Shown here in pieces: positions 23,246 through 36,547 of a stretch of 64,000 nucleotides of DNA; the first letter of the stretch is position 1, and the number at the start of each line of letters is the position of its first letter. The notes under the pieces were generated by a model. It was not told the origin of the DNA. It saw only the letters and a program-made list of their open reading frames with translations, and did not search any database. The stretch covers positions 1-64,000 of the forward strand of contig JBPGPT010000011.1 in the NCBI GenBank assembly GCA_051047955.1. The letters are read 5' to 3'. This DNA comes from Cystobasidiomycetes sp. EMM_F5. Taxonomy: Eukaryota. The position numbers were made by a program, and so were the translations under genes.

Positions 23246-24940
23246 ATGGCTATTCGCCATTTCCTCGTTGCCTTCCTGGTCTGCACAGCGGAAGGCGGTC
23301 TGGTCGGCACTACATCATCAGGGCCGAACGTTCTGGCACTCGTCTACAATGACCAGTATCGGCCTACGGAACTGGGTCTACTGACCGACAGTATCCTCCG
23401 TTACGGTACCTTCAAGAATGCTAAGCAGTATCCCCTTTTGCGAGCACATCTCGACGTATCGGGACTGGTCCAAGATAGCGTCACCTATGTTGGCAAGAGT
23501 CTTGGCGCTCTGCTGGACAGACCACATTCGAGCAAACCAGTCGGTAAACATGCCAATTTTGGCCGCAAGCGTAGCCTCCTCGGGTCACTTTTGCATATAG
23601 AGCTCGACATGGGGTTGGACGATGATGACGGAAGTAGCCATGGCAGCGCATCCATCGGCGTCGGCGTTGGCAAGGGTCTTGCAATGGATGTTACTCTGAG
23701 CGGAAGTCGGACGAGTCTTTCAGACTCTGGTTGGCAGGGTGCAACCACCACGCGCTTGGTCAATAGCCAGAGTGATAACGCTGTCAGTCAGGATCTGCAC
23801 ACTCGTGCGGCTGAATCACCGGCGCTAACTCTTGCTTGTCCCATGCGGAATGCTAACAACGTGCGCTGTAGTGGTTTGCGCACATCTCGTTTGGCAATCC
23901 CGTGCAGACCTTGGTAATGTTCTTGGACTGCGGTTCGGCCGATACTGTGGTATACAACAGTACATGCAAGAATTGCCAGCTTAACAATCATACCGCTTTC
24001 GATAGTCGACAATCAAAATCATTCAAATCTACCTCAGTATCGTTTAGTACGCAGTACGGTGATGGAACGACACTGCGAGGTGTTCTCGGCAACGATTATG
24101 TGAACGTGACGCAGTCGTTGCGTACTCCTCCTACGCAGATCCTGGCCGTCATCGACAGCAGAACCGGAGGCAGCGATACGCACCGCTGGGATGGTATAAT
24201 GGGTATAGGACCCGATCATCTCAGCTTCGTGGAAGGCAACGTGACGCCTCTGTCAAATCTCGTCAAGAATGGTGAGTTAGCGCAACCCTTGGTTGGAATT
24301 GCCCTCGTCAAGCAAGATAAGCTTACTGGAGCACCTGGCGGCGGCGAGTACCGATGGGGCGAACTCAACCAAAACTACATTCTGGGAGATGTCGTTTACA
24401 CGCCCGTCTCGAGCTCGTACTTTTGGGGTACGCAGATGAACGGGATATTTGTCAATGGCGAACAGATGCTCTCTACTAGCGACTATCGACGTGCACTTTT
24501 CGACACGGGCACCACTCTAGTCTACACATCAGATGCTGCTGCTAAGAGGATACATGGCGAGATTGCCGGTGCCCAATTTGATGACCAGAGGGGATTTTGG
24601 TATGTTCCGTGTGATGCGACTGGCGCTCCAAACGTCTTTTTCGAAATCGGCGGAGTACGTCGAGGCGTTCCAGCCAGCGATATTGCCTTTCGACCGAGTA
24701 GTACTGGGAATGGCCTGTGCATGTCTGGTATCCAAGGCGGTTCAGACCAATACACTCTTCTCGGTGCCGTATTCATCAAGAACCAGTGTAAGCCAGTAAT
24801 CCATACAAAGACGGAGGTTCCAAGCGGTGTGACGTCCTATCTTCTACTGCACAGACCTGGTCTTGAATTACGGCAGTGCAACAAACTACAGTCTATCTGT
24901 CGGCCTGGCTGCCCGGAGAGATGTTGGTGTGATAGTGTGA
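23246..24940 (+). CDS. Secreted pepsin-like aspartic protease (family A1)
   Basis: Signal peptide MAIRHFLVAFLVCTAEG, long pro-region, FLDCGSAD, flap QYGDGT, DGIMGIG, ALFDTGTT, LLGAVFIKN. Confidence 0.9.
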
Positions 24941-25225
24941 GACTGGCCGGGAGTTTTGAGGAAGCGGTACCGCTGGGCTTAAGGTATGGAAAGCGAAATG
25001 GACTATTTGATTATCGGATTTCTCCGATGTAGTCGGACGCATTTTCGAATCTTGGGGTGGGTGATCTGAAAGCGAGGCACACTCCGCCAACAGGACACGT
25101 TGCATACTGCTGCCATGATTGGCGTATTTCCTGGTCGTTCTCAATCTGAGGATGTTGTTGTAGTCTGCTCACTTGCCCAGGCCGAACCTTGGCGGCAGCC
25201 GTCGCCGTTGTTTTGCAAAAGTGAA

Positions 25226-25672
25226 TCATGGTGCTGCACGAGTATTGGCAACCCATTTGAGTGGGAGGAGCGTACCCCATGTCCACCCGAGGACGATGTA
25301 TTTGGAGTAGACTGCATGCAGAGTCAAGGGTCAATCGCGTCGAATACAATTTCGGCGCCGTCTCCACTGCTCACTGGAGTATGCCCATCTCCTACCCAAC
25401 CACTTGCCCAGCGTTGGCAGGATCAGCACTGAGACTGCCAGCTGGAGTTGTCGTACATTTTCCTCCCACTCTTCCTGAGCTTGGAGCATCGAATAGTTGG
25501 AATCTTGCGAATCGCTGTCCGAGTCGTCTTCCTTAGCTGCACCTTGACTTGCGCTGTCGTTGCTGCCATCGATGCTGTCTGACCTATCTCGTGTCTGGTA
25601 CATGTGCTGATCCAGACTGCGGCGTGGGACTCTGTAGTTTTCAGAAAAGTAGCCCGTCACAGGGTCAGCCAT
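25226..25672 (-). CDS. MIM2: Mitochondrial outer-membrane import protein Mim2-like, 2 exons
   Basis: Acidic stretch followed by AQEEWEENVRQLQLAVSVLILPTLGKWLGRRWAY, the Mim2 signature as I recall it. Confidence 0.75.
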
Positions 25673-25868
25673 GTCGCGAAGGAGCTTGACGCAGCTGTCA
25701 CAGTACTGCGTATTGACCCAAGTTGCATAGACCAAATATTCTCCAACTTGCTGATCGGAAGTGAGGGGCACAAAACCTCAACGAGTTCATCATCGTGGCA
25801 GTGCTCTCGCACCCTGCACCACTCGAGCAGCGCATCAATATTCCAACGCTCCCCTGTGCTCCGCAGCC

Positions 25869-28160
25869 ATGTTTCCCATCGATGCTGCAGTCAGTTGCAT
25901 TGGCTCGCACGCTCTCTGCCTGATAGCGCGAACGACTGACAACTGTCCAATCAACAGACATCCTCTCAGCTGCAATGGCTGGGTACCCTCAATATCCCGC
26001 CCGTCACGCAGCAGGGTCTCAGTGCTAAAAACCTCCGCAAGGTGAGGATGTGCCAGACTTGTTTGGACCGTCGTTCTGACGTATCAATTTTCACACATTC
26101 TCCTATCGTCACTGCACGCTTTAGACGAGTATCATTGCTACGATTGGTGAGCAGACTTCATCCTGTTGTGTGCCTGTGGAGCTGCAGCCTCAGGACACTC
26201 TGGCTCATGTTCCGTTGAGATCTTATGCAACGAAGCAATCATGAGCGATTCGGTCTTGTCGGTGACTGACACACTACGAATGCACTTCTTCGCAGGTCCC
26301 AAGACCAATTCACCAGAAATGATTGGCAAGCTGCGTGACTCTGGTGTCAATGTCGGTGCGTACAATACCTCCTTGTCATGTATAGGCACGTTTCTTACAG
26401 TAGCATCTGGCAGTCCGAATGAACTTTTCGCACGGGAGGTGTGTACAGATTTCAGCGTCGACGTAAGTAAAAGACTTTTTCTGACGTATCGTCATCCTGC
26501 ACAGTTACGAATACCACCAATCCGTCATAGACAACACTCGCAAGGCTGAAGCTGCCAAAGTCGGCCGCCCGCTTGCAATTGCCCTCGATACCGTAAGCGG
26601 CCGGTGTAGACTGTTTCATCACCGTAAACCTGAGTGATGTTGGTCTTCAGAAAGGGCCAGAGATCCGAACAGGCAACATGGTCAACGATGAAGATGTCAA
26701 GATCGCTGCAGGACACGTAATGACCTTCAGCACAGACCCAAGCTATGCCACAAAGTGTGATGACAAGATTATGTATATTGACTACAAGAATATTACCAAG
26801 GTCATCAGTGTTGGCAAGGTCATCTACGTCGACGATGGTGTGCTCTCCTTTACCGTACAGCAGATTGTAGACGACCAGACCATCCAAGTCCAGGCTGTCA
26901 ATAACGGTACCCTATCCTCCAAGAAGGGCGTCAACCTTCCAGGAACCGACGTCGACCTACCCGCCATCTCGCAAAAGGACAAGGACGACCTGTCTTTTGG
27001 TGTTAAGAATGGCGTCGACATGATCTTTGCGTCCTTTATCCGCCGCGGTCAAGATGTGCGTGACATTCGCAGCCACCTCGGCGCTGCTGGCAAATCCATC
27101 AAGATTATCGTCAAGATTGAGAATCTTCAAGGTGTACAGAACTTTGACGAAATCCTTCGCGAAACAGACGGCGTCATGGTAGCTCGTGGTGATCTCGGCA
27201 TCGAGATTCCCGCTTCTCAGGTCTTCATGGCTCAAAAGATGATGATTGCAAAGTGCCAGATGGCAGGCAAGCCAAGCATCTGCGCTACTCAGATGCTCGA
27301 GTCTATGACTGTGCGTGCTCACTTGGCGAATGTCTGGCACCCGCGGCGGTCTGATGTTTTATCATTATACAAAACAGTACAACCCACGACCTACACGAGC
27401 TGAAGTTTCCGATGTCGCCAACGCCGTTTTGGACGGAGCAGACTGTGTGATGCTGTCTGGCGAGACTGCCAAGGGAGCTTATCCACTTTTGGCCGTAGAG
27501 ATGATGGCTGAGACGTGCTACCTGGCCGAATCTGCCATCTGCTACCCGCCACTGTTCAATGAGCTCCGCACCCTGACTCAACGGCCGACTGCGACGACCG
27601 AAACTGTCGCCATGGCTGCAGTAGCTGCATCACTCGAGCAAAATGCTGGAGCCATTCTCGTCATGTCGACTTCTGGCAACAGCGCTCGTCTCATCTCAAA
27701 GTACCGACCGAGCTGTCCTATCCTGACCAGTGCGTTGGATTTTGTGGTAGCACCACACTGAGGCTGATCCAAGTGACCTGCCTTGCTACTGACCTGACAC
27801 ATGTGCAGTCACCCGCAATGACGTTACAGCCAGGCAGATTCATCTGCACCGCGGTTGCTATCCGTTCCACTACACTGAGGCACGACCAAAGAGCGATGAA
27901 GGCTGGCAGACAGACGTTGACAACCGCATCAGGTTTGGCCTGCGCAAGGCACTGATTCTCGGAGTCGTTCAGAGGGGCGACACGATTATCGCTGTACAAG
28001 GCTGGAGAAGCGGTGGCAACAACACGAGTGAGTATTGGGGAAGTTTGCATGACGCAAGAGTCGTCCAATGTGATCTGACTTGTCATTTGCGCCAGACACC
28101 ATGCGCGTCTTGACGGTCCCGCAGGATGATGCAGAGTTCCAGATCCGACCAGTCGACTAG
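25869..28160 (+). CDS. PYK1: Pyruvate kinase, multi-exon
   Basis: [93 protein letters not shown]. Confidence 0.98.
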
Positions 28161-28701
28161 ACAGTACGCGATATGCGGGGCAGAAGACCGTAAGCAGACT
28201 CGACTTGTCAGACGCAAGAGAATTTTCACACTAGAGCATTTCGGATTTAATGATACGCCCTCAGGGTTGGTAAAGACATTGTTGGCTCCGCTTAGACTAG
28301 CACGGCAAGGAGTCTGATTTATCTGTTGAGCATTCATTAGGGATTTACAGAGCTGTTTTGCCGTTGCAGTCTTAAAGCCGAAGCCTATACTTCAGCCCAG
28401 GTCGTTGATCACGGGAACATTCAAGCGGCCCAGGAACGAGTAAACGCACGGGCTGAAAAGCTTTTGCGAGACTAGCAGTAAAATGCAGGCAGGTGATTGT
28501 GCATGTTGGAAGCGAGCGTGCACGTTACAAAAAACATACATAGCACAGGCGTACGCTCGTACTAGCAGCACGTTGGAAAATATATCAGTCTCGAGCTCCA
28601 CCAGTGCTCTCTTTTCCGGACTAACCCAGGCCCCCCCCTTGACAGCCGTCCGACAAACTCTGGCACACCGACACAATTAAACAACTAGACGTGGACGCCC
28701 A

Positions 28702-31488
28702 ATGACCCGACCAGCGGGCTTGGGCCAGTCTGCCATGCTGGCCGCAGCGCAGACGGCTGGGCCTTCGCCCGACCTCGACACTCCCTCACGATGGCTGACT
28801 TTCGGGGGGACGCCAAACGGAGGAGCCCTAACCCCGGGCACAGCGTTTGGGTCGCCGTTCTGGGCGTCGCTGAGCAGGCAGGCAGGGCTGGGCGACGGAC
28901 ACCACTCGCTGTCGCCGAAAGCCTACTCGCCGTCGAGGGAGTACAATCCGTTTGAAGTGTCGTTCTTTCCGACGGCGGCAGACGGGGACGGCGCCAGTGG
29001 GCAAGAGCAGCACTCGCAGCACTCGCAGCACACCGCCGCCGACCTCAACAACGCCAGCAGCACCAGGAGCAACTCTGGCAACGCTGTCCTGTTTGACAGC
29101 ACCACGAGCGTTGCAGCCGGATCGGATACTTCGATCACAGACACCGCCCATATGCATGCGGGAGCGGTCAACAGACGAGAGAATGGCAACCCGCTGTCGG
29201 CATCCCTCAAGCGGCCCTTTGAGGATGCATACGCCGCTGCCAACGACAGCCGTGGATCCTCCCGGTCTGCCAGCGGATCGTTTGATGTCCACGAGGGCGC
29301 CGCGGTCGATGCGGCAGGTGGAATGCCGGGCAATCTGCTAGCGGTTCCAGCTTGGAAGAGGCCCAAGTACCACCAAGACTTTGGCAACGACTCGTCTGCT
29401 TCAAATTCGTTTGCTTCGGGCACTGGCGGCTCGTCGTCCGACAGTCCCAGCAGCATAGGCCTCGGCTACACCAACCACAGTCCGGCCGACTCTGCCGCTT
29501 CCCCTGCTTCGTCCGTCCTGCCTACCCCAGGCTTGCAGAACGCTACTGTCTCTGCATCGTCCAATCAACAGAATGGTACTGCTGTCAATGGTCTCCCGAC
29601 AAAGCCGTTTAGCAGCCAAGAGCCGACCGCTTTTGCACATATTTCTTCATCTGCACCCCAGCATCAGCTCCCCCTCTCGCAGATGCAGCTAGGTGCTCAC
29701 GGCGCACCTCCCGTGCCACTGTATGGCTTTTCGCCGTTTCACGCTCAACCGTTTCATGCCCACCACCCGATGGCAGCGCAGGGTCCAATCGTACTGCCTC
29801 CGGTATCTCAGGCGCAAATCCATGCCCAACAGGCAGCGGCAGCGGCAGCGGCAGCTCTCAACGCTTCAACCGCTTCAGCAAGCTCGCAATCGCCGACAGA
29901 TACTACGGCTCCGTCCTCTTCTGCCGCTGGCGCAACCCAACTCAACGCTATCCCGTATGCTAACGGGAGGGCTCCATCAGCGCAGCCAATTCAGACTCGA
30001 AGGCAGAGCAAAAAGCGTACTGCTGGCTTGTCTGTAAAGGCAGAAGAGGCAGATGAGGAGGAGGAACGTGCGCAGCCCGAAGTCAAACAGCCGCACAATA
30101 CACGAAGACAGCCTCCACTTGCTCTCGTAACGCAGCACACTAATACCTACCAACCTGCGAATACGCCAAAGAGCGCAAAGCCAACGGCCAAGTCAGCAGC
30201 ATCAGCGAACGCCGTTAATTTGAATGCAGCACATCAGCGAAGAGGAAGCGCTGCGATTATCGCCATCCCTGAACCGAATTCTGCTGCAGTCGACGACCAA
30301 AAGGCCTTCGACGAGAGTCTCGAGGGCTTGGACGAGGAAGGTAAACGTCGGGCTTTCCTCGAACGGAATCGACAAGGTAAGCAGCTGTGGGCTGGCCAAT
30401 AGCGACTTTGGCACTAACGATGTATCGGGTTCATCACCAGCTGCCTGCCGTTCACGTCAAAAGAAGAAGGAGTGGATCGGCAATCTGGAAACGCATGCTG
30501 CCCATTTGCAAGCTCAAAATTCTGCACTCACCGCCGAGATTGAGGTTTTACAGAAAGAGCTGTTTGCACTGCGGCACACTCTGCAATTTCATGAACGCAG
30601 TGGATGCGCTGCTGTACGAGCCGATATTGCTCATGCTCATCCAGTCAATCTGGCTCAGTCGTACCCACCTCGACATGCTCCGCAACTGTCGCAATCACTT
30701 ATCAAAGATAGCGTTGCTGGACTAGCTCACATGCCGCCAGTCCAGCATCAGCAAGTACAACCTCAACCTTTACAGGCCAGACTACCGCACGTGCCCGTCC
30801 AAGCACTTCCCAACAGCATGGTCCAACGGGTCAGTCGCTAGTTTCCGACTTGAGGTTTGTGTTACGGCTATACCAGTTACTGATGCATTCTACACCCGAC
30901 CCTTCTCAGGCTCCGTACCAAACATCATCTCACCCATTAGCTTCCGCTCCTCAGGCAGACCGTGGAGGACCCGCTGCCTCTGGCGCGGTAATAAGTGCTA
31001 CAAACAGAGCTCACCCGGAGGCGACCCTGGCGCCGCCGTTGTTAGGCGACGATCTCAAGTCTAGCAGCCAACCGCTCGGAAAATTACAAATGGACCCTTT
31101 CGCTTCGAACCCCTTCTTTACCTCTCATGGTACCGCTACTTTAACATCCGGTCAGACTCATCGCCCAGGCTCAGCTGGCGCAACTTTTGGTCTGAATACC
31201 CCAAATTTTGCCGACTTGTTTGACGGCATGATGCAGACCATCAAGACGCCTGGCGGCATTCTACGCCAATCTCCGACTCTTCCGAATACTTTTGGCTTGT
31301 CCCTGCAAGATATACCCGTGAGACCTGCGTCCGCGCCGCCCACTCCATCTCCGATGCTTCCATTTGCTGCTGCCGCCCCTGCCGCAGATTACTTTTCCGC
31401 AAAACGGCCTGGCACGCTTGGGTTCCCATTTGGAGACCAGACTTATTCTTTGCCGACACATACATCGATACCAGCCGTCTTGGCGTAG
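28702..31488 (+). CDS. bZIP transcription factor, ATF1/Aft1-like, 3 exons
   Basis: N-terminal YNPFEVSF (resembles the Atf1 EPNPFEQSF motif). Basic region KRRAFLERNRQ-AACRSRQKKKEWIGNLE followed by a heptad leucine zipper. Low-complexity S/A/Q regions. Confidence 0.85.
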
Positions 31489-31967
31489 CCTTCTCATTAT
31501 CTCATTGTAGAACCGTGTCTTTCTTCCCCTTCTCGAGCATACACGCTAGCGCTGCAAAAATACCCTTCTCATCTACACGTCACCTGAGCAGATTCACGAC
31601 GCTCAGTATCTTCCCGGATCTCAAGCACTATTACCACATTGTACAGGCCACCCAAACAAGCCAATCCCGAACAAGACCAGCATTGTATCTCGTTACAAGC
31701 ATACACGATTGTTTCGAGCTTCAGTCGGGTTTGTTTATATCTCATCGTTGTTTTGTGCGTAATCATCGATTAGCGATACATATACACGCGCTCGCAGTCG
31801 TGATACGCAATGCAAAAGAATGCAATACATTTCCTGCCGCTACTCTACCTGCCAATGGCTTTGTTTCTGAATGCGGCTCACGGTGCTTGGCATGACCCCT
31901 GTTTCTTTAGACCATGTTACATCTGTAGGCTTCCGTAAGGAGCTTGTTACATTCGAGTACTGATCAA

Positions 31968-33489
31968 TCAAGTAACCGGATTTAAGAGTGCGATGATTTC
32001 CAAAGCCTGGGTCAGCGAACTGCGAGAAGGTTCGAGAAATCTGATGCTCAGATCTTTGTCCCAGTAAAGCTGAATATGTGATTGGTAGCTTACATTCCAC
32101 CTGCCCCTACATCTGCACCAAGGCTGCCCACTCCTACGATCGTCACGTTTTTAAGTGGATTGGTGAACATTATGGTCGAGAATCCCTGCAACGAGAAGAT
32201 CAGCATTTAATAACAATGTCAGCAGTGCAAGCATGATGCTCCCTTGCCTTAATGCCTCCATCGTGGCCGTAAAATCCGTTCAGCTGAATGTCTCCCAGAC
32301 CGTACGTTAGATTTATGCCGCCAGGAAGCGGACCATACGGTAGGTTCGGCGGACCGTACAGACGCTGGCGAGACAGGTCGGCAGAATACGAGTACCCGCG
32401 TACCATAGCTTCAACCCAAGTCTTCATATCCTGTAGTGTTGAGACCATAGCCCCCGCCGCACCAGGATTGTCGGGATTGTATAGAGTGGCATCACGTATT
32501 CCCGTTGTTGCATTGGGAGGATAGAAGGCATAGCCAGAAGGATGAGGATCAGGAAGTGTGAGGTTACCAACCGGCCATGAAGTTTGGCTAAGGTTGAGCG
32601 GGACGATGAAGTTGTTTTTGACATATTCGTGAATGGGTACGCCTGCAAGCTGTTCTACTATGATTCCGGCAAGTATGAAGTTTGTATTGGAGTAGTTGAA
32701 GTATCTGGTCTGACCTGGAAGAAAGTACGGCATTTGTTGCGAGGTGAAATTGAGTATTTGCGCCGTCGAGTATGCCATAGTGGGATCCAGGTTCGGTCCA
32801 TTGACATATTGCGGAGTTAGGCCGAACTCAAATATACCTGATGTCATACTGTGTTGTGACACGGCAGGTGCATATTAGCGCAATTTTCCTGGTTGGTACG
32901 GTATGCCGTTCACTAGATAGTTACCTGAGCATTTCACGAATGGTGATGTTGCTGGAATACGGAATCACTCCCTGCGAACCATTGTAGAATCGACTCAATG
33001 TCTGATTGAATCTGCAAGTCAGTACGAGGGCCAGCGATAGGTACCGTCAACGTGACTGACATCATTCAGCGAGAGACGCCCCTCCGAAACCAGCTTTAGT
33101 AAGGCGCTGGCTGTGAATGTCTTGGTGTTTGACGCAATCCTGAAATGGTTGTCTAGTCTGAATGGCTGCGAATTCCCTAGCCCTTGAGTTCCGAAAGATT
33201 GGCATAGAGTTCCATTGTTTGGCGTGGTAATAAGGAGAGCTCCGCCCGGCGAGCTCGTGAGATTGAGTTGATTGGCAAAGAACTGGATTATTTGTGCAGA
33301 GACATTCGTTTGCGGTAAGAGGGTATTGACCTGGCCGCTGACATTTGCATTGACAGCAGGGAATGGAACGACAGTCGAGAAAGTAGTGCTGTTGGTATAG
33401 TATACCGCGCTCTGGATGCTCGTATTTTGTGAGGTTGCAAGCTGTATCCAGCAGACAGCGAGAATGGTCAACGCCCTCAGCTCGCGCAT
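31968..33489 (-). CDS. Secreted beta-lactamase-family serine hydrolase (class C / DD-peptidase-like)
   Basis: Signal peptide, FRIASNTKTF (SxxK), YSNTNF (YxN), AAGAMVST, YGLG, YGHDGGIKGFST. The intron after GGIK starts with GC. Confidence 0.9.
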
Positions 33490-34056
33490 TGTCGGGCAAA
33501 ATGTGCCGTAGCGGTAAACCCGCTGTTAGCAGCAGTTTACAGCCTCCGAAGCGCGAAGACGCATCATGTGAGTAATGATCAGCTTGGCACACAACTTGTT
33601 GTATTATGCGCTGCCGGTGTAGCTTCCCGCGAGTCCACCATTTTGGGAAGGCGGTAGGGTCGGCGGGAGCACACAAGGAACCCCATCGCCACAACAGATT
33701 CCAATCCTAACCATACAAGCTCAAACTACACTAATCGAGACCAATGAGAGAGGTTGCACAGCGCGAGAAGAATTGTCGTGAGCCCTATGCCACATGGGCG
33801 TCGCAAACAGCGTTATACGGCACAGAGGCCAGCTGAGCGATAAAGATTTCTGTCTGCGGTATACAAATCAGTCGACAGAGTTATGATCATAAGTGCGAAG
33901 AGCTCACCATAAGATCGCCTTTAATAGGCTCCGGCACCATTGTGGATTGGAAGAAGGATATAATGATCCATCCTAAAAAATAGTAAAAGACATAAGTGAC
34001 TCATATCACAGACATATGCAAGAGCTATACTCACTTGATCTGACTACTTATTAGGG

Positions 34057-34382
34057 TGTGACGGAGTACCGAAGTGTGTGTAGGGACTGATGATGTAGAA
34101 ATGTACTATTGACACTCTGAAAATTGGAAACGATGTCAGTCCCTCTTGATAAGCACAGTAGACTAGGTTGACCTACTTCGAAGCAGATGAGGTCAGGGGA
34201 TGGAGTGGTGGTACAAAGGGTTGAGGAAGTAAAGACAGTTTAGGGTTAGGAAGAGAGAGCAGAACCAAGAAGCGAAGAGCAGAAATGGCGGATTATAAGG
34301 CAGCGCAGGAAAGGGGAGGTTTGACGCCAGACGTCACCCGATCTCGTCACCTTGGTGACGGACCTTGTTGAGCATGACGGCA
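34057..34382. mobile_element. Possible solo LTR
   Basis: Starts TG, ends CA, flanked on both sides by AGGG (34053-34056 and 34383-34386). TATA-like element and pyrimidine tract on the minus strand. No ORF. Could be a chance match. Confidence 0.25.
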
Positions 34383-34863
34383 AGGGTCGTCTGGATCGGA
34401 ACGGCGTGCGCCAGCAGCCAAACAAGCGACGTCAGCTAGCTCATGCCATATCAGCATTGTATCTTAGGCGGTCGCGTTCGTATATGTAGTAATGTCATTG
34501 AACAGTGCCTTTTATAGATGCATATGTCCTTCAAAAGTTTTCAAGCATATGTGCTCTCGCGCACCGCAGCGGACAGAGAGAAGCGGAGATGGCCAGATGA
34601 CCAAAGATTTGTACTGACAACAGAGAAGCGCATTTCATACTCGACAACGTTGCATTTATATCATTCCAGCTACCATCTGCACATTGTCCGGTACGGTCTG
34701 CGGCCTGGTGCGGGGTCACCCAAATGCAGAGTGCGCTGCGAGATCGTTCGCCAGTAGCGATACTTGAGCGGGGCTGCAGGACCTTTACAGCTTTACCAAA
34801 GGACTGCTGCCGACTGCACTGAGACTGGGTACTGCAAGATCTACACTCCATCTGTATTACCAC

Positions 34864-36295
34864 TTAAAGCTTGGCTGTTTTGTCTTCTGCGATCGTAATC
34901 ATCATCTTGCCAGTATTAGCACCCTCGAACAGCCCGTTTAGGGCTTGCGGAGCATTCTCGAGGCCGTATATAACCGTTTCCTTTCGCTGAAGTTTGCCCT
35001 CGGCTATCCAAGCTGCCATTTGATGCTCGGCTTCACGATATCGTTTCGCGTAATCGAAAACGATGAAGCCTTCTATACGGGCTCGTTGGGCGATAACGTT
35101 GAGGTACGATTGCAGGCCCTTGGGCTTTTGAACGTTGTATTGCGATATAGCTCCACACATGACGATTCTTGCATGCGGATTCAGCCTTGTGAGCGCAAAA
35201 TCCAGCATATCCCCTCCGACATTGTCGACTGCAGGCAAGTTCAGCACGACTTCAGTATAAAGCTATACATCCTACCCTACAGAAAACATCAAGGTACCCG
35301 ATCGCCTTGAACTTCTTCAGGAAATCAGGCGCCTTGTAGTCAATGGCTGTTATACCCAAGTCTTTTTCAAGCCACTGGCACTTGTCCCGCCCGCCAGCGA
35401 TGCCATAGACTTTGCACCCCTTGATTTTGGCGATTTGACATACCTGGTTATAACGATGTCAGCAAGATAATCCGCGTATTCCACGATGTCCTATACGAAC
35501 CGCGCTGCCCACTGCACCCGCAGCTCCAGACACAACAACCGTCTCCCCTGATTCAATTTGACCTAAAAAGGCCAGGTCAATACCTGTTGGATACGCAAAT
35601 ACTCCAATTTGTACGAACCGACGTCAAGAATCCCCCAATACGCAGTTTGACCTGGGTAATTCGAGCGTCAGGAATATCACAAGTGTTCTAGTGCGTACAG
35701 CACTGACCGGGCATCCCGAGGATGGCTAAAAAGTCAGTCAGTCTGGCACCTTGCGGAGGTACTCTTTTCACGACTCCCTTGGCCGGCAGTACTGCATACT
35801 CGGTCCAGCCTGTACCCTCAATATCTTAGGTCGTGCGTGTAGTATTAGTCGAAAACTTATACGTACCTACTGTCCCCTCTACCCAATCTCCAACGTTGAG
35901 CTTATCCACAGAGTTGCTTTTAGCAACAATTTTTCCCAAACCTCCAGCACGCATAACGGCTCCGATCTGCACGGGTTCAATATATGACCTAACATGTGCA
36001 TATGCTCAGTTCCAGTGTGAATGTTCTTTGCCGCGTATGTAAACGTACCGAGTGTCTCGGAGCCATCCTCTCATAGCTGGGCAAGAACGTAAGGTCAGCT
36101 GAGCATTGATTGCCTTTCCAAGTTCCAACGCACATACTCACCAGGATCAATGGAGAGATGGTAAACTTTGATGAGTACTTCGCCAGACTTTAGCGAAGAT
36201 GCATCGGGAATAGGAGCAGTTTCGAGTCTGAAAGTGTCGGCTTGAATAGGACCGACAGGCCTCTTGGCAAGAACTAAACTCTTGTACGATGTCAT
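34864..36295 (-). CDS. NADP-dependent oxidoreductase (MDR family, prostaglandin/alkenal reductase-like)
   Basis: LAKRPVG, LSIDPAMRGW, VVVSGAAGAVG, DNVGGDMLD, CGAISQYN, GFIVFDY, GANTGKM. Ends AKL*, a PTS1-like peroxisomal signal. Confidence 0.92.
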
Positions 36296-36547
36296 ATTTG
36301 GCAGCGTACAGCTGAATATTGGTTTGGGACAACACTATAGGCCATCAAATTTGTGCAGCATCGTTCCGGCTGGCCGGCAACCGGATTAGCGAGCAAAGCA
36401 AGCAGGTAATTGAATACGCGCAACAGAGCTGTTTGACTTGGCATTTGGCACGTTGCAGCGCTAATATTACAGATGTAGACTGTTTCGCAGATCAATGAAA
36501 TTCGGTCCGAAGGCCTTATGAACGACACTTCAGGCATCATGACTCCC

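Noticed and set aside
34082..34144. AGGGACTGA...TCAGTCCCT inverted repeat containing TGATGA, a possible C/D snoRNA
   Set aside because: There is no CTGA D box next to the 3' stem and no recognisable guide sequence.
34050..34250. Scattered TTAGGG motifs as an interstitial telomere
   Set aside because: At most about two copies in tandem, which is compatible with chance.
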